Source: an uncultured Mesoaciditoga sp.
GTDB lineage: Bacteria; Thermotogota; Thermotogae; Mesoaciditogales; Mesoaciditogaceae
NCBI GenBank assembly: GCA_964470975.1
Contig: CAYYEU010000001.1
Location: 1-61,466 of the forward strand
Direction: 5' to 3'
Length of the DNA stretch: 61,466 bases
Each line of letters begins with the position of its first letter. Position 1 is the stretch's first letter. The notes beneath the pieces are model-generated. The model worked only from the letters and a program-made list of their open reading frames with translations. It was not told the origin of the DNA and made no database searches. Positions 18,386 through 27,423 of the stretch are shown piece by piece. The translations under genes were made by a program, and so were the position numbers.

Positions 18386-18920
18386 TAAAAATCACAATAC
18401 TCCAGTGGTCATACTTGGAATGGATAAGAGCCCTATGGTTCTTCCCATATGGATAGGATCGTGTGAAGCAATGGCACTTTCTTTGGAACTTGAAAAAACT
18501 GACTTTCCAAGACCGTTGACACACGATTTACTTGTGAACATAATAGAAGCACTCGATGCCCAGGTTTCAAAAGTTATCATAGACTCTCTGAAAGAGAACA
18601 CCTATTACGCAAAACTGATCATCAAAGATCTCACTTATTCAGATTCAGAAGACGATCCGAATTCCATGATCGAGATAGACTGCCGCCCATCAGATGCCAT
18701 CGTAGTTGCAGCAAAAAAACACGTTCCAATATACACGACCGACGAAATTATTCTTGAAGGGGGCATAAAACTTGAGGAAAGTCCCCAAAAAGAAGAGGAA
18801 GAAAAAGAATTCAAAGATTTTGTTGAAAACATGGATATAGACGACTTTAAAAATTACTTTCAGCGGGAAAGAAACAAAAAAAACAACGAAGACAAAGGCA
18901 TAGACAATGGAGATTCTTGA
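18348..18920 (+). CDS. bifunctional nuclease (BFN/DUF151) family protein with charged C-terminal tail
   Basis: PVVILGMDKSPMVLPIWIGSCEAMALSLELE...RPLTHDL is typical of DUF151. The start is uncertain (track 18315; GTG 18339/18348; ATG 18378). Confidence 0.72.
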   Translation: MLRELKIKALMLDKNHNTPVVILGMDKSPMVLPIWIGSCEAMALSLELEKTDFPRPLTHDLLVNIIEALDAQVSKVIIDSLKENTYYAKLIIKDLTYSDSEDDPNSMIEIDCRPSDAIVVAAKKHVPIYTTDEIILEGGIKLEESPQKEEEEKEFKDFVENMDIDDFKNYFQRERNKKNNEDKGIDNGDS

Positions 18921-19713
18921 AGAAGAATTAAAAAAATTTGTGACCTCACTTGACCTTTGTCCCACACTTGAGAAAGCGGCACTTTACACACTTGAGTTAC
19001 CAGGCAAAAGATTGAGACCTACTTTTCTTATGGCAAGCGCTACGGATTTCAATGTAGATGAAAGAATGGCTATTAAGGGTGCAGTGTCCATAGAAATGAT
19101 GCACGCAGCCTCTTTGATACACGATGATCTTCCAGCAATAGACAACGATAATTACAGACGTGGGAAACCATCTAATCATGTAATTTTTGGTGAGGATGCA
19201 GCTATAATGGCTGGAGATCTACTCTTCGCGAGAGCACTTGATGTTTGTAATGAATTAGGGAATTCATCACTCTCTAATGCCTTTTCAAGGACACTCGTGG
19301 AGCTTGTTGATGGAGAAATGCGCGATATAGCGATGTCAAAAACAATGAAAGAAACTGACGAGATCGTGAAAATGTACAAAAAAAAGACTGGGGCACTCTT
19401 CGCTTTTGCATTCTCCTTTGGACCGAGGTTGAAAGGGGAAAATGTTGAAAAATACGAGGAAGCAGGCTACGATTTCGGAGTAAGCTTTCAAATATTCGAC
19501 GATATCGCTGATCTTAATTCAACTTTTGAAGAAATTGGTAAAACGCCTCACAAAGACGTTGAACAGCACAAATCCACACTTGTTCAAAGAATTGGAATTG
19601 AAGATTCAAAAAAATTCGCCGATACTCTTTATGGAGGAGTTTTGGAGAATTTGAAGGATTCTCCGAAACTCCTGTCAGAAATAAAAAACATTGAAAATAT
19701 AGTGAGGCGCTGA
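18907..19713 (+). CDS. polyprenyl (farnesyl/geranylgeranyl) diphosphate synthase
   Basis: First DDxxD-type motif LIHDDLPAIDNDNYRRGKP and second motif FQIFDDIAD. Confidence 0.88.
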   Translation: MEILEEELKKFVTSLDLCPTLEKAALYTLELPGKRLRPTFLMASATDFNVDERMAIKGAVSIEMMHAASLIHDDLPAIDNDNYRRGKPSNHVIFGEDAAIMAGDLLFARALDVCNELGNSSLSNAFSRTLVELVDGEMRDIAMSKTMKETDEIVKMYKKKTGALFAFAFSFGPRLKGENVEKYEEAGYDFGVSFQIFDDIADLNSTFEEIGKTPHKDVEQHKSTLVQRIGIEDSKKFADTLYGGVLENLKDSPKLLSEIKNIENIVRR

Positions 19714-22100
19714 TGAAACTCCCAAAAATTTCCAAATTCGATTTATCGAAGGTGGGTTTTGCTGGTAAGTTTTTCAAAAACAAAAAAATCCTTATAGCCA
19801 CTATTGTGATAATAGGGGTTGTTATAGGGATGTTTTTTTTGATTAGGCCACGCAAAAAAGCATCCCAACTTGTCCTTCAGGCAGAGGTTCAAGCAAGTGG
19901 GGGAGCATTGCAGAGAGGAGATTCCGTATCAATTTCGGCTATTTCTTCATCTACAACTGATTACACCGCTGCCGAAGTTGCATCAAGTTTTGTGGGACAC
20001 CTCTACAAAGTTTCTTGGAAAAGTGGACTCAAGACAATGGCGCGTTCTCCCATATACGTGTGGCTTCCGATTCCCTCAAACTATTATTTTGGTGAAAACA
20101 CCGCAAATGTTGAAAGTGTAGAAACAATCGACGGAATGCCTTACGTTCTCTATGGTAGCCAAATCAGAACAAAAAACAATTCCCATTATCTTGAGAGCAT
20201 CATGTATTTCCCTGGTGTTGTGGGATTACATCTTGTTCAAGGTAATTCTACTTACGGTTTGAGACTTGTAAAAAAAGCAGGGGACAATTTCCCGAACCTC
20301 GTCATAGTTCCAGGTAGCAACATGAATTTCGCCGGAAATATCCCCGGCACAGGTCAAAACATATGGGCTCAGAATTTCCCAAACTACAATGTTTACGTTT
20401 TCTCCTATCCTTTAACATCGTCAAAATCCTTATCCACAACTGCAAAAATCATGGATTTTTTCAAAAAAAACGGTATGAACAGTTACACGGAATATACCGG
20501 AAAAACATTGGCGGATCTCCTCACAACCGTGAAGGGAGACACTTACGTGATCGCCCAGGGCATAGGAGGATTGGCAGCAAGATACGCTTTACAATCTCGA
20601 AAAGAACTCAAAAATGTAAAGAAAGTTGTGCTTTTTGATACGCCAAACGACGGCACAACTTTTGCATCGGCCTACATGTTGAGCAATTTGTACAACGCTG
20701 GAAATGATTTCCTAAGTCGGAAGTTGGCTGTTCCATTAAAAACGGCAAATTACATTTTAAGCATATCCAACTCATACCTGAGGCTGTTGAATTTTTTCGC
20801 CAAGGATCTTGAACCAGACTCATCTCTTATTTCGTATTTGAATTCAACTTCTCCGCCAACAGATACAGTTTTTATATCCATTACCGGAACAAAGCCAAAT
20901 GTTTCAATAGAAAGTTCTAAAAAATTAGAAGAGTTTTTCCCACAATTTGTGAACGGTAAAGGAGATGGAGTGATTTCAGTAAAAAGTGCTTTGAGTTTTG
21001 GAGAAGCAAAATACAAATTCCCCTACTCGTTTTACGATATATTTGCGCACCAAGATGTGCAAAATTTCTTAAGAAATTTGTTAGAAGCGAAAGCATTGCC
21101 TAACCAAACGAACTTCACTTCTGACAAATTCAAGGAAACAAGGGCTTCAAGCTCTACGAGCGAACAGGCAACGCCAGTCAAAGTGATTCCAAAAAGTCGC
21201 AAATACCTTTCAAGCGGTGACTACTTCCTCAAAAAACCTTCAAAAGGGCAGTACTTTTCCGAAATTTACTACATTGACACACCAAAGGTATCAAAGATGA
21301 TGGGAATTCCAAATGGAGTCTATCTTATTTCTAAGCATGATGTTTATTTCATGTCAATAGGCGGTTATCAACTAATCTACAAAGGAAATATATCTTTTTC
21401 AAACGCTTACGGAAATCATTTGTACCTTGTCACTGAAAAACACCAAGTACTCGAATTCAGTGGAAAGGTGTCAAAATTGAAGTGCAAAATTCCAAGAGGA
21501 GACTATCAATCCGTACTCGTAACAGACAAAGATATCTACGCTCTTGAAAACGAAGCAACTTCAACATCACTTGTCAATCTATCAAATAACAGCACACTTT
21601 TAAACGTACCTGGCAAAAATGCCATCATGCGTTTTTTCCCGTCCAAAAGACAACTTGTAATAGTCACAGATGAGTACGTAGCAGTATATAGCCTTGCAGA
21701 ACACGTTGGAATTTTCTTTGAAAAGATCGATGAAGTTACAAAAAAAGTTGGATTCAAATCCGATCAGTCCATAAAGGTAAATTCTGTTTATGTGAATGAA
21801 AATCTTGTTTACCTCTTATCATCTAATTACGTTCTTATAGCTGTTGACATGAAAACACACGATGCTCAAATAATAGGCAATGGTGACATTGGAAATTTAA
21901 AATTGCTTTCTTACGAAAACGTACTCGTAGTTGTCGGAGAAAGAACTTTGAACTTCTATGATATGACAAACCGTGTAAGAGTGCCGATTTACCAAAAAAC
22001 GCTTGAAACTTTGAGTGCTATAAATTGGGGCAATTCGATTCTTCTCCTTTGTAAAGAGGAAGGGAGATATGAAATTGAAAAATATGAAAAGATCAAGTAA
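19713..22100 (+). CDS. membrane-anchored hypothetical protein: TM helix, beta-rich region, alpha/beta-hydrolase-like domain lacking the nucleophile Ser, C-terminal repeat (propeller-like) region
   Basis: TM ILIATIVIIGVVIGMFFLI. YVIAQGIGGLAARYAL compares with GHSMGGL of PGAP1/lipase-like hydrolases, and VVLFDTPNDGT and GDGVISVKSAL follow. About seven strand-turn-strand repeats occur in residues 520-795. The start is coupled to the upstream stop (TGATG). Confidence 0.6.
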   Translation: MKLPKISKFDLSKVGFAGKFFKNKKILIATIVIIGVVIGMFFLIRPRKKASQLVLQAEVQASGGALQRGDSVSISAISSSTTDYTAAEVASSFVGHLYKVSWKSGLKTMARSPIYVWLPIPSNYYFGENTANVESVETIDGMPYVLYGSQIRTKNNSHYLESIMYFPGVVGLHLVQGNSTYGLRLVKKAGDNFPNLVIVPGSNMNFAGNIPGTGQNIWAQNFPNYNVYVFSYPLTSSKSLSTTAKIMDFFKKNGMNSYTEYTGKTLADLLTTVKGDTYVIAQGIGGLAARYALQSRKELKNVKKVVLFDTPNDGTTFASAYMLSNLYNAGNDFLSRKLAVPLKTANYILSISNSYLRLLNFFAKDLEPDSSLISYLNSTSPPTDTVFISITGTKPNVSIESSKKLEEFFPQFVNGKGDGVISVKSALSFGEAKYKFPYSFYDIFAHQDVQNFLRNLLEAKALPNQTNFTSDKFKETRASSSTSEQATPVKVIPKSRKYLSSGDYFLKKPSKGQYFSEIYYIDTPKVSKMMGIPNGVYLISKHDVYFMSIGGYQLIYKGNISFSNAYGNHLYLVTEKHQVLEFSGKVSKLKCKIPRGDYQSVLVTDKDIYALENEATSTSLVNLSNNSTLLNVPGKNAIMRFFPSKRQLVIVTDEYVAVYSLAEHVGIFFEKIDEVTKKVGFKSDQSIKVNSVYVNENLVYLLSSNYVLIAVDMKTHDAQIIGNGDIGNLKLLSYENVLVVVGERTLNFYDMTNRVRVPIYQKTLETLSAINWGNSILLLCKEEGRYEIEKYEKIK

Positions 22101-22875
22101 AATTCTTGTTTTCCTCTTGTTGTTCTTAACTGTAAGCCTGCTTTTTGGGAAAAATGTGAATTTTTATTACATACAAGGCATTATGGCCTTTAACTCAGGC
22201 AATTACCCAAAAGCCGAAGAGTACCTTAAAACAGCACTTATGTTAGATCCTTCTCTTGAAAATAATTCAAATATCAAATACATGATCGGGTTGAGCGCAT
22301 GGTACTCTGGTGACCTTGTTACAGCCAGAGCTTACCTTCCAGAAAATAACGTGTCCATCGTTGGTAGCTCAAACAAAGTTTCAAAACGTAATCTTGTTAA
22401 CGAGATTGCACATTGGGAGAAAATAGGCATGCCTGTTGTTACAGATGAAAAAAATTTCCATAAGAAAAAAATTCCGTCTTGGATCGGTTGGTTGGCTTCT
22501 ATGGGAATATTTTCCATCATAATGGGGGTATTTTGGTCTTACAAGCATTCCAAAAAAGAGAAAACCCATGAATTCCTTTCCTCTGAAAAAGAGGAAGGGC
22601 TCCCTTTTTCAGAAAAAGAAGAATTCCCAACCACTAATATTCCCCTTGATGAGGAAACCCCTTCAGATGTTCCGACGGATGATGAGATTAAGAAAAAACT
22701 TCAAACCCTTTTACAAGGAGATAAAGACACTCAAAATAAAAACACCGTGGTACTCAAAGAGCCCGAAAAAATTATAGAAGGAGTAGGAAGCGACGCTTCA
22801 GAAGAGGAACTCACAAATCTGACCCAAGCTGTTCAAGAGATTCTATCACAAAAACCAGAAAGCTCCCGCACGTAG
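22069..22875 (+). CDS. hypothetical bitopic membrane protein with TPR-like segment and acidic tail
   Basis: N-terminal hydrophobic segment ILVFLLLFLTVSLLF; TPR-like AFNSGNYPKAEEYLKTALMLDP; second TM WIGWLASMGIFSIIMGVFW; acidic tail with duplicated SEKEE. The start may instead be ATG 22084. Confidence 0.6.
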   Translation: MKLKNMKRSSKILVFLLLFLTVSLLFGKNVNFYYIQGIMAFNSGNYPKAEEYLKTALMLDPSLENNSNIKYMIGLSAWYSGDLVTARAYLPENNVSIVGSSNKVSKRNLVNEIAHWEKIGMPVVTDEKNFHKKKIPSWIGWLASMGIFSIIMGVFWSYKHSKKEKTHEFLSSEKEEGLPFSEKEEFPTTNIPLDEETPSDVPTDDEIKKKLQTLLQGDKDTQNKNTVVLKEPEKIIEGVGSDASEEELTNLTQAVQEILSQKPESSRT

Positions 22876-23261
22876 TTTTCTTGCTTCTCAAACATTTTCT
22901 TTGCATCTGATTCGTTTGTTTCGTGGTCGTACCCTAACAGGTGCAATATTCCGTGCACACACACTCTCACAAGCTCCTCGCCAAACGGTACTTTGAAGTA
23001 CTTGGCATTTTCTTTGACATACTGCGGACAGATGTATATTTCTCCAAGTAAATCTGATGAATTGTAACTGAATGAAAGAACGTCCGTTGGGCCATCGATA
23101 TTTCTGTACTTGTTATATTCAGCAATTTTTTCAAGCTTTACAAACACGATGTTTATCATCGCTTTTTTTTGTTCTGAGGCAAGGATACGTTTGCAAATTT
23201 CTTGAACCACAGATACGTTTATAGGCATCTCCTGATCGTTGTAAACATTACATTTTTGCAA
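22833..23261 (-). CDS. ybeY: rRNA maturation endoribonuclease YbeY
   Basis: HGILHLLGYDHE zinc-binding motif. Confidence 0.92.
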   Translation of the reverse strand: MQKCNVYNDQEMPINVSVVQEICKRILASEQKKAMINIVFVKLEKIAEYNKYRNIDGPTDVLSFSYNSSDLLGEIYICPQYVKENAKYFKVPFGEELVRVCVHGILHLLGYDHETNESDAKKMFEKQENYVRELSGFCDRIS

Positions 23262-24648
23262 CTCTTATCACCTTCTCAATTTCCTTAGAGTTTTTTGGAT
23301 ATTCTATTCGAGTTTTATACATGGACGATAGAATTTTTGAGAACTCTTCTACGATCCCATCTATATCTCTTAAAGTCAAGCCGGAATTATCGAGTTGTCT
23401 TTCGTTGTAGATTCCATTTACAACTTCTTCGATCATACTTCTAATTTTGGAAGGTGTTGGAGATTTCAAGGATCTCACCGCCGCTTCACATGAATCAGCC
23501 AACATTACTATTCCTGATTCTTTAGTGCGAGGTTTTGGACCAGGATACCTAAAATCATCAGGACTAACTTTCAGGTTTTCGGAAAGGGCTTTTTGATAGA
23601 AAAAAGAAACCATTCTTGTTCCGTGATGTTCTTTTATCATGTCTTCTACTAACAAAGGTAATCTGTAAGATTTCGAAAGCTCTTCTCCATATTTGACGTG
23701 CGAAGCGATTACGAGGTAATTCATCATTGGTGACATAGAATCATGTGGATTTGTCCCATGTTGATTCTCTGTAAAGAACTCCGGACGCTTTATCTTTCCA
23801 ATGTCATGAAAATAAGGTCCAACTCTTGTCAAAACGTAATTGGCATTTATCTTCTGAGCAGCACTTTCACACATGTTAGACAAAACAACGCTATGGAAAT
23901 AAGTTCCCGGGGCTTTTACAGATAGTCGCTTTACCAACGGATGACTCAAATTCCCAAGTTCTATTAGTCCAACATTCGAATATATTCTCGATATGTATTC
24001 GACATATGGCAAAATTCCAACCATCAATATCATGGATACAAATGGATTCAATCCTATTAAAACGAGATCTTTCAATTGAACTGAATAAGGGAAAAAGCCA
24101 ACGCTTATACTCAACACCATCAAAATGGATATAATGGAGTTCCAAAGGGATGCTTTAGAAAAATCAAATCTCTTAATCAGCCCTTTGGTTAAAAAGATGC
24201 CTCCTATGGAGCCTATTGTGTAAATCGCAAAGAGTTCAAAACTTCCGTTGCCAACAATTGCAGCAACTGTTGACAAAGTAATGGCAGAAGCCATGGCACT
24301 TTCAGTGCCCATTAATGAAGCAATAAGAAGAACCCCAAAGAAAACAGGAAGTCCATACACCCCAAAGAACGTGTATCCTAAGGGGAAAAACAAAGTGGTG
24401 AGTAGTAGAACCAACGTGTAAGTCCAAAAGTACTCCTTATGTATCTTAAAGAGTTTTACATGTTCATTTATCCAGGAAAAGGTGACAGAATTCGCTGCCA
24501 ATATAAGAATGTAAGAGCCTAACCAAAAAGGCTTTGGAGACACCGAAAACTCACTCTCGATCAATAAGAGAAATGGCACCATCAAATAATAAATGTAAAC
24601 TCTTGTTTTTTCACTCAGAAGCTTTTTTTTCAGATTCAAAATCCTCAT
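23248..24648 (-). CDS. 7TM-HD (HDIG) membrane phosphohydrolase, PgpH-like
   Basis: Multiple TM helices followed by an HD domain (YFHDIGKIKRPEFF, IKEHHGT). Conserved phoH-HD-ybeY order. Confidence 0.85.
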   Translation of the reverse strand: MRILNLKKKLLSEKTRVYIYYLMVPFLLLIESEFSVSPKPFWLGSYILILAANSVTFSWINEHVKLFKIHKEYFWTYTLVLLLTTLFFPLGYTFFGVYGLPVFFGVLLIASLMGTESAMASAITLSTVAAIVGNGSFELFAIYTIGSIGGIFLTKGLIKRFDFSKASLWNSIISILMVLSISVGFFPYSVQLKDLVLIGLNPFVSMILMVGILPYVEYISRIYSNVGLIELGNLSHPLVKRLSVKAPGTYFHSVVLSNMCESAAQKINANYVLTRVGPYFHDIGKIKRPEFFTENQHGTNPHDSMSPMMNYLVIASHVKYGEELSKSYRLPLLVEDMIKEHHGTRMVSFFYQKALSENLKVSPDDFRYPGPKPRTKESGIVMLADSCEAAVRSLKSPTPSKIRSMIEEVVNGIYNERQLDNSGLTLRDIDGIVEEFSKILSSMYKTRIEYPKNSKEIEKVIRVAKM

Positions 24649-25543
24649 ACGCCTTTACTATTCTTTTCACCAATGGATTTCTTACCACATCTTCCTTGGT
24701 AAGATAAATAAATTCTATCCCTCTTATACCGCTAAGGACTTTTTTTGATTGGACAAGTCCGGAATCTTCGCGGTTTTCGAGATCAATTTGAGTTACATCC
24801 CCTGTTATAACCACTTTCGATCCAAATCCCATTCTCGTCAAAAACATCTTCAATTGTCCTCTCGTTGTGTTTTGAGCTTCATCAAGGATTATAAAAGCGT
24901 TGTTCAACGTTCTTCCTCTCATGTAAGCAAGAGGTGCAACTTCAATTATTCCCTTTTCTCTGTAATAATTAAATCTTTCTGGGCTCATCATGTCGAATAT
25001 GGAATCGTACAATGGCCTTAAATAGGGATCAACTTTTTCTAACATGTCACCTGGAAGAAAGCCCAGTTTTTCTCCAGCTTCAACCGCAGGCCTTGCCAAT
25101 ACTATCCGCTGTACTTCTCCCCTTCTAAGAGATTCGACAGCCATGGCAACAGCCAAATAAGTTTTACCGGTTCCTGCAGGTCCTATAGAAAATATAAGAT
25201 CGTTTTTTTGCATTGCTTCTATGTAACGTTTTTGACCGGATGTTTTAGGAAAAATTCCCACACCCTCTATTTTAATTTTATGAGAAATCCTTTCTTCGGT
25301 GTCGAAAAGGTCTCTAACATCCACTGAACCTTCTTTCAAAACCCTTTCCGTCATCATTTTCAGGATCCTCTTGGCACGTTCAACGGATTCTTCTTTCCCC
25401 TTTAACCAAAGCTCATTATCGATCAGCTTCACATTGATGTTAAAATACTTTCTTATGGCTTTTAAATTAGAATCATACTCCCCAACAAAACCGACCAGAT
25501 CCACCGGATTAGGTATTTTGAAACGCAAAATAGTTTCCAGCAA
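24611..25543 (-). CDS. phoH: PhoH-family ATPase
   Basis: Walker A GPAGTGKTYLAVA, ILDEAQN. TTG start 5 nt after GGAGGTG. Confidence 0.93.
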   Translation of the reverse strand: MLETILRFKIPNPVDLVGFVGEYDSNLKAIRKYFNINVKLIDNELWLKGKEESVERAKRILKMMTERVLKEGSVDVRDLFDTEERISHKIKIEGVGIFPKTSGQKRYIEAMQKNDLIFSIGPAGTGKTYLAVAMAVESLRRGEVQRIVLARPAVEAGEKLGFLPGDMLEKVDPYLRPLYDSIFDMMSPERFNYYREKGIIEVAPLAYMRGRTLNNAFIILDEAQNTTRGQLKMFLTRMGFGSKVVITGDVTQIDLENREDSGLVQSKKVLSGIRGIEFIYLTKEDVVRNPLVKRIVKAYEDFESEKKASE

Positions 25544-25572
25544 GGTTCACCTCCACAGTTTTTTCCTATATA

Positions 25573-25601
25573 AGTATAATACTTTATTTGATGCTTGACA
25601 A
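25573..25601 (-). promoter_or_regulatory. putative phoH operon promoter (minus strand)
   Basis: Read on the minus strand: TTGTCA (25601-25596), 17-nt spacer, TATACT (25578-25573). Confidence 0.45.
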
Positions 25602-25624
25602 GAGGCGGTTGTATGTTATACAAT
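25595..25624 (+). promoter_or_regulatory. putative promoter of the tRNA-Thr/Tyr-rpmG-tRNA-Trp-secE-nusG cluster
   Basis: TTGACA (25595-25600), then TGtTATACA at 16-nt spacing or TACAAT at 18-nt spacing. It lies about 12-15 nt upstream of the tRNA-Thr 5' end. Confidence 0.5.
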
Positions 25625-25635
25625 ACGAATCGAGC

Positions 25636-25711
25636 GCCAGCGTAGCTCAGTTGGTAGAGCAACTGATTTGTAATCAGTAGGTCGGGGGTTCGAGTCCCTT
25701 CGCTGGCTCCA
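25636..25711 (+). tRNA. tRNA-Thr (anticodon TGT), CCA encoded
   Basis: Acceptor GCCAGCG/CGCTGGC, anticodon arm ACTGA-TTTGTAA-TCAGT, T-loop TTCGAGT. Confidence 0.93.
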
Positions 25712-25716
25712 AGGAT

Positions 25717-25803
25717 GGAGAGGTGCCCGAGTGGCCAATGGGGGCGGACTGTAAATCCGCTGGCGGATTGCCTTCGGTGGTTCAAATCCACCCCTCTCCA
25801 CCA
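25717..25803 (+). tRNA. tRNA-Tyr (anticodon GTA), long variable arm, CCA encoded
   Basis: Acceptor GGAGAGG/CCTCTCC, anticodon arm GCGGA-CTGTAAA-TCCGC, T-arm GGTGG-TTCAAAT-CCACC. Confidence 0.93.
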
Positions 25804-25826
25804 GATTTTTCTAATGAGGTGGAAAA

Positions 25827-25985
25827 ATGGCGAAGAACTCAAAGAATTTTGTGACGTTGGTATGTACGGAGTGCAAATCCAGAAACTATGTCATCCGCAA
25901 GGGAAAGCAATCAAGGGAAAAGCTTCAAATAAACAAGTACTGCCCCAAGTGCAAAAAGCACACCCTTCATAAAGAATCCAAGTAA
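25827..25985 (+). CDS. rpmG: 50S ribosomal protein L33 (52 aa; below the ORF-track cutoff)
   Basis: Manual translation gives [52 protein letters not shown] with CxxC...CxxC. A GAGGTGG Shine-Dalgarno lies 6 nt upstream. Confidence 0.9.
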   Translation: MAKNSKNFVTLVCTECKSRNYVIRKGKQSREKLQINKYCPKCKKHTLHKESK

Positions 25986-25999
25986 ATTTTACTTACCGT

Positions 26000-26075
26000 A
26001 GGCCCGTAGCTCAACTGGCAGAGCACCGGTCTCCAAAACCGGGTGTTGCAGGTTCAAGTCCTGCCGGGCCTGCCA
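26000..26075 (+). tRNA. tRNA-Trp (anticodon CCA), CCA encoded
   Basis: Acceptor AGGCCCG/CGGGCCT, anticodon arm CCGGT-CTCCAAA-ACCGG, T-loop TTCAAGT. Confidence 0.93.
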
Positions 26076-26089
26076 GGTTAAGGGGTGAA

Positions 26090-26290
26090 ATGATGGTTAA
26101 TATGAAAAAGTTTTTTAACGAAGTGAAAAGTGAGACCAAAAAAACGACTTGGCCTTCTCGGGAGAAGCTCTTATCGGCAACGGGTATTGTACTGCTCATA
26201 CTCGGAGTTACGGGTGTGTATTTTTGGCTCTTGGATATGGGATTTTCTACATTCACAAGATGGCTTTTGGCTGTTTTAGGTGTGAAGTAA
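26090..26290 (+). CDS. secE: preprotein translocase subunit SecE
   Basis: FFNEVKSETKKTTWPSREKLL followed by a single TM helix. Sits directly before nusG. Confidence 0.88.
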   Translation: MMVNMKKFFNEVKSETKKTTWPSREKLLSATGIVLLILGVTGVYFWLLDMGFSTFTRWLLAVLGVK

Positions 26291-26294
26291 AGTA

Positions 26295-27356
26295 ATGAAG
26301 AAATCGTGGTACATAGTTCAGACTTACTCAGGCCTAGAACAAAGTGTTAAAGAATCCATAGAACAGAAAAGAGATCTTTTCAAACTCCACGACCTTATAG
26401 GGAGGGTCGTGGTTCCTGAAGAGAGGATTGTTGACGTTAAAGGAAAGAAAATAGAGAAATATCGAGTACCCTCTACGGCCAAATTGCATATCAGTTCAGG
26501 AGATACTGTGTCGAAGGGAGATCCTATTGCTGAGCTTGCTGAAGTGCATGTGAAGCATGAGGGAAAGATCGTTGAGCTCCGTAATACGAAAAAGCTCGTA
26601 ATCGAATCGATAGATCGAAAAAACAGCAGGACTTATTACATTCCATCTTCTACCGGTGTGGAAAGCGGGATACGTCTCGGTTCAAGGCTACGAGAGGGAA
26701 TGCCAATATCCAAAGACAAATCCGTATTCTGCGAGATAGATGGGAAGGTTGTTCAGAATGATCGCGTAAAGAAAATAGTGATAGAAAACGTAGATGGAAA
26801 AGAAGATGTTTACTTTGTCCATTTTGAAAGTTTTAACAAATTGATAAGGGTCAATCAAAATGCTAAATCAGGCACACTCTTGGCCGATAAGAAAGTGTTC
26901 TGTGCAACCACTGATGGTATAGTTGAGATAGACACATATGGCGCTTACAGAGAGATAAAAATTTCTAAAGTGACCTCCAGAAGGCTCTTCCCCGGCTACG
27001 TTTTTGTGGAAATGTTTATGACAGAGGAAACTTGGGAATTGATTAAAAATACAGAGCACGTTATTAATTTCGTTTCCAATGCCGGTCAACCTATTCCTGT
27101 AAAAAAAAGGGAAATAAATGCTATCCTCGGCCTTTCTTCTCAAGAAAAACGAGAGAAGATTGAAGAAGTTAAAGTTGAAATAAACATTCCAATCGGAGAA
27201 CACGTCGAAATAAAAAGTGGACCTTTTGAGGGTTTTACAGGGGTTGTTCAGGAAGTAAAACCTGAAAAGAAAGAATTAACGGTAACGGTTACCATCTTTG
27301 GAAGAGAAACACCCGTGTTGCTGCATGTTTCAGAGGTGGAAAAAATTCAAAACTGA
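26295..27356 (+). CDS. nusG: transcription termination/antitermination factor NusG with large internal insertion domain
   Basis: NGN motifs (WYIVQTYSGLEQSV, LFPGYVFVEM) are split by about 170 aa. C-terminal KOW (GEHVEIKSGPFEGFTGVV). Confidence 0.93.
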   Translation: MKKSWYIVQTYSGLEQSVKESIEQKRDLFKLHDLIGRVVVPEERIVDVKGKKIEKYRVPSTAKLHISSGDTVSKGDPIAELAEVHVKHEGKIVELRNTKKLVIESIDRKNSRTYYIPSSTGVESGIRLGSRLREGMPISKDKSVFCEIDGKVVQNDRVKKIVIENVDGKEDVYFVHFESFNKLIRVNQNAKSGTLLADKKVFCATTDGIVEIDTYGAYREIKISKVTSRRLFPGYVFVEMFMTEETWELIKNTEHVINFVSNAGQPIPVKKREINAILGLSSQEKREKIEEVKVEINIPIGEHVEIKSGPFEGFTGVVQEVKPEKKELTVTVTIFGRETPVLLHVSEVEKIQN

Positions 27357-27423
27357 AAGACGTTTTTAATTTCAGTGGAAGGGAAGTATCATTCCCATTA
27401 CATACCACAAGGAGGTTTAAATC

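Noticed and set aside
19836-20475. Homopolymer tracts (T8 at about 19838, T6A8 at about 20457) inside the 795-aa ORF; similar A8/T8 runs at about 18875, 23164 and 24622
   Set aside because: Runs of this length are expected in AT-rich DNA, and the reading frames are intact. There is no evidence for phase variation.
25462-26256. Track ORFs 25462..25842(-), 25616..25801(-), 25715..25972(+) and 26011..26256(-)
   Set aside because: All of them run across tRNA-Thr, tRNA-Tyr, rpmG or tRNA-Trp. Their translations (for example GFEPP, SNP motifs) are the usual artefact of translating tRNA genes.
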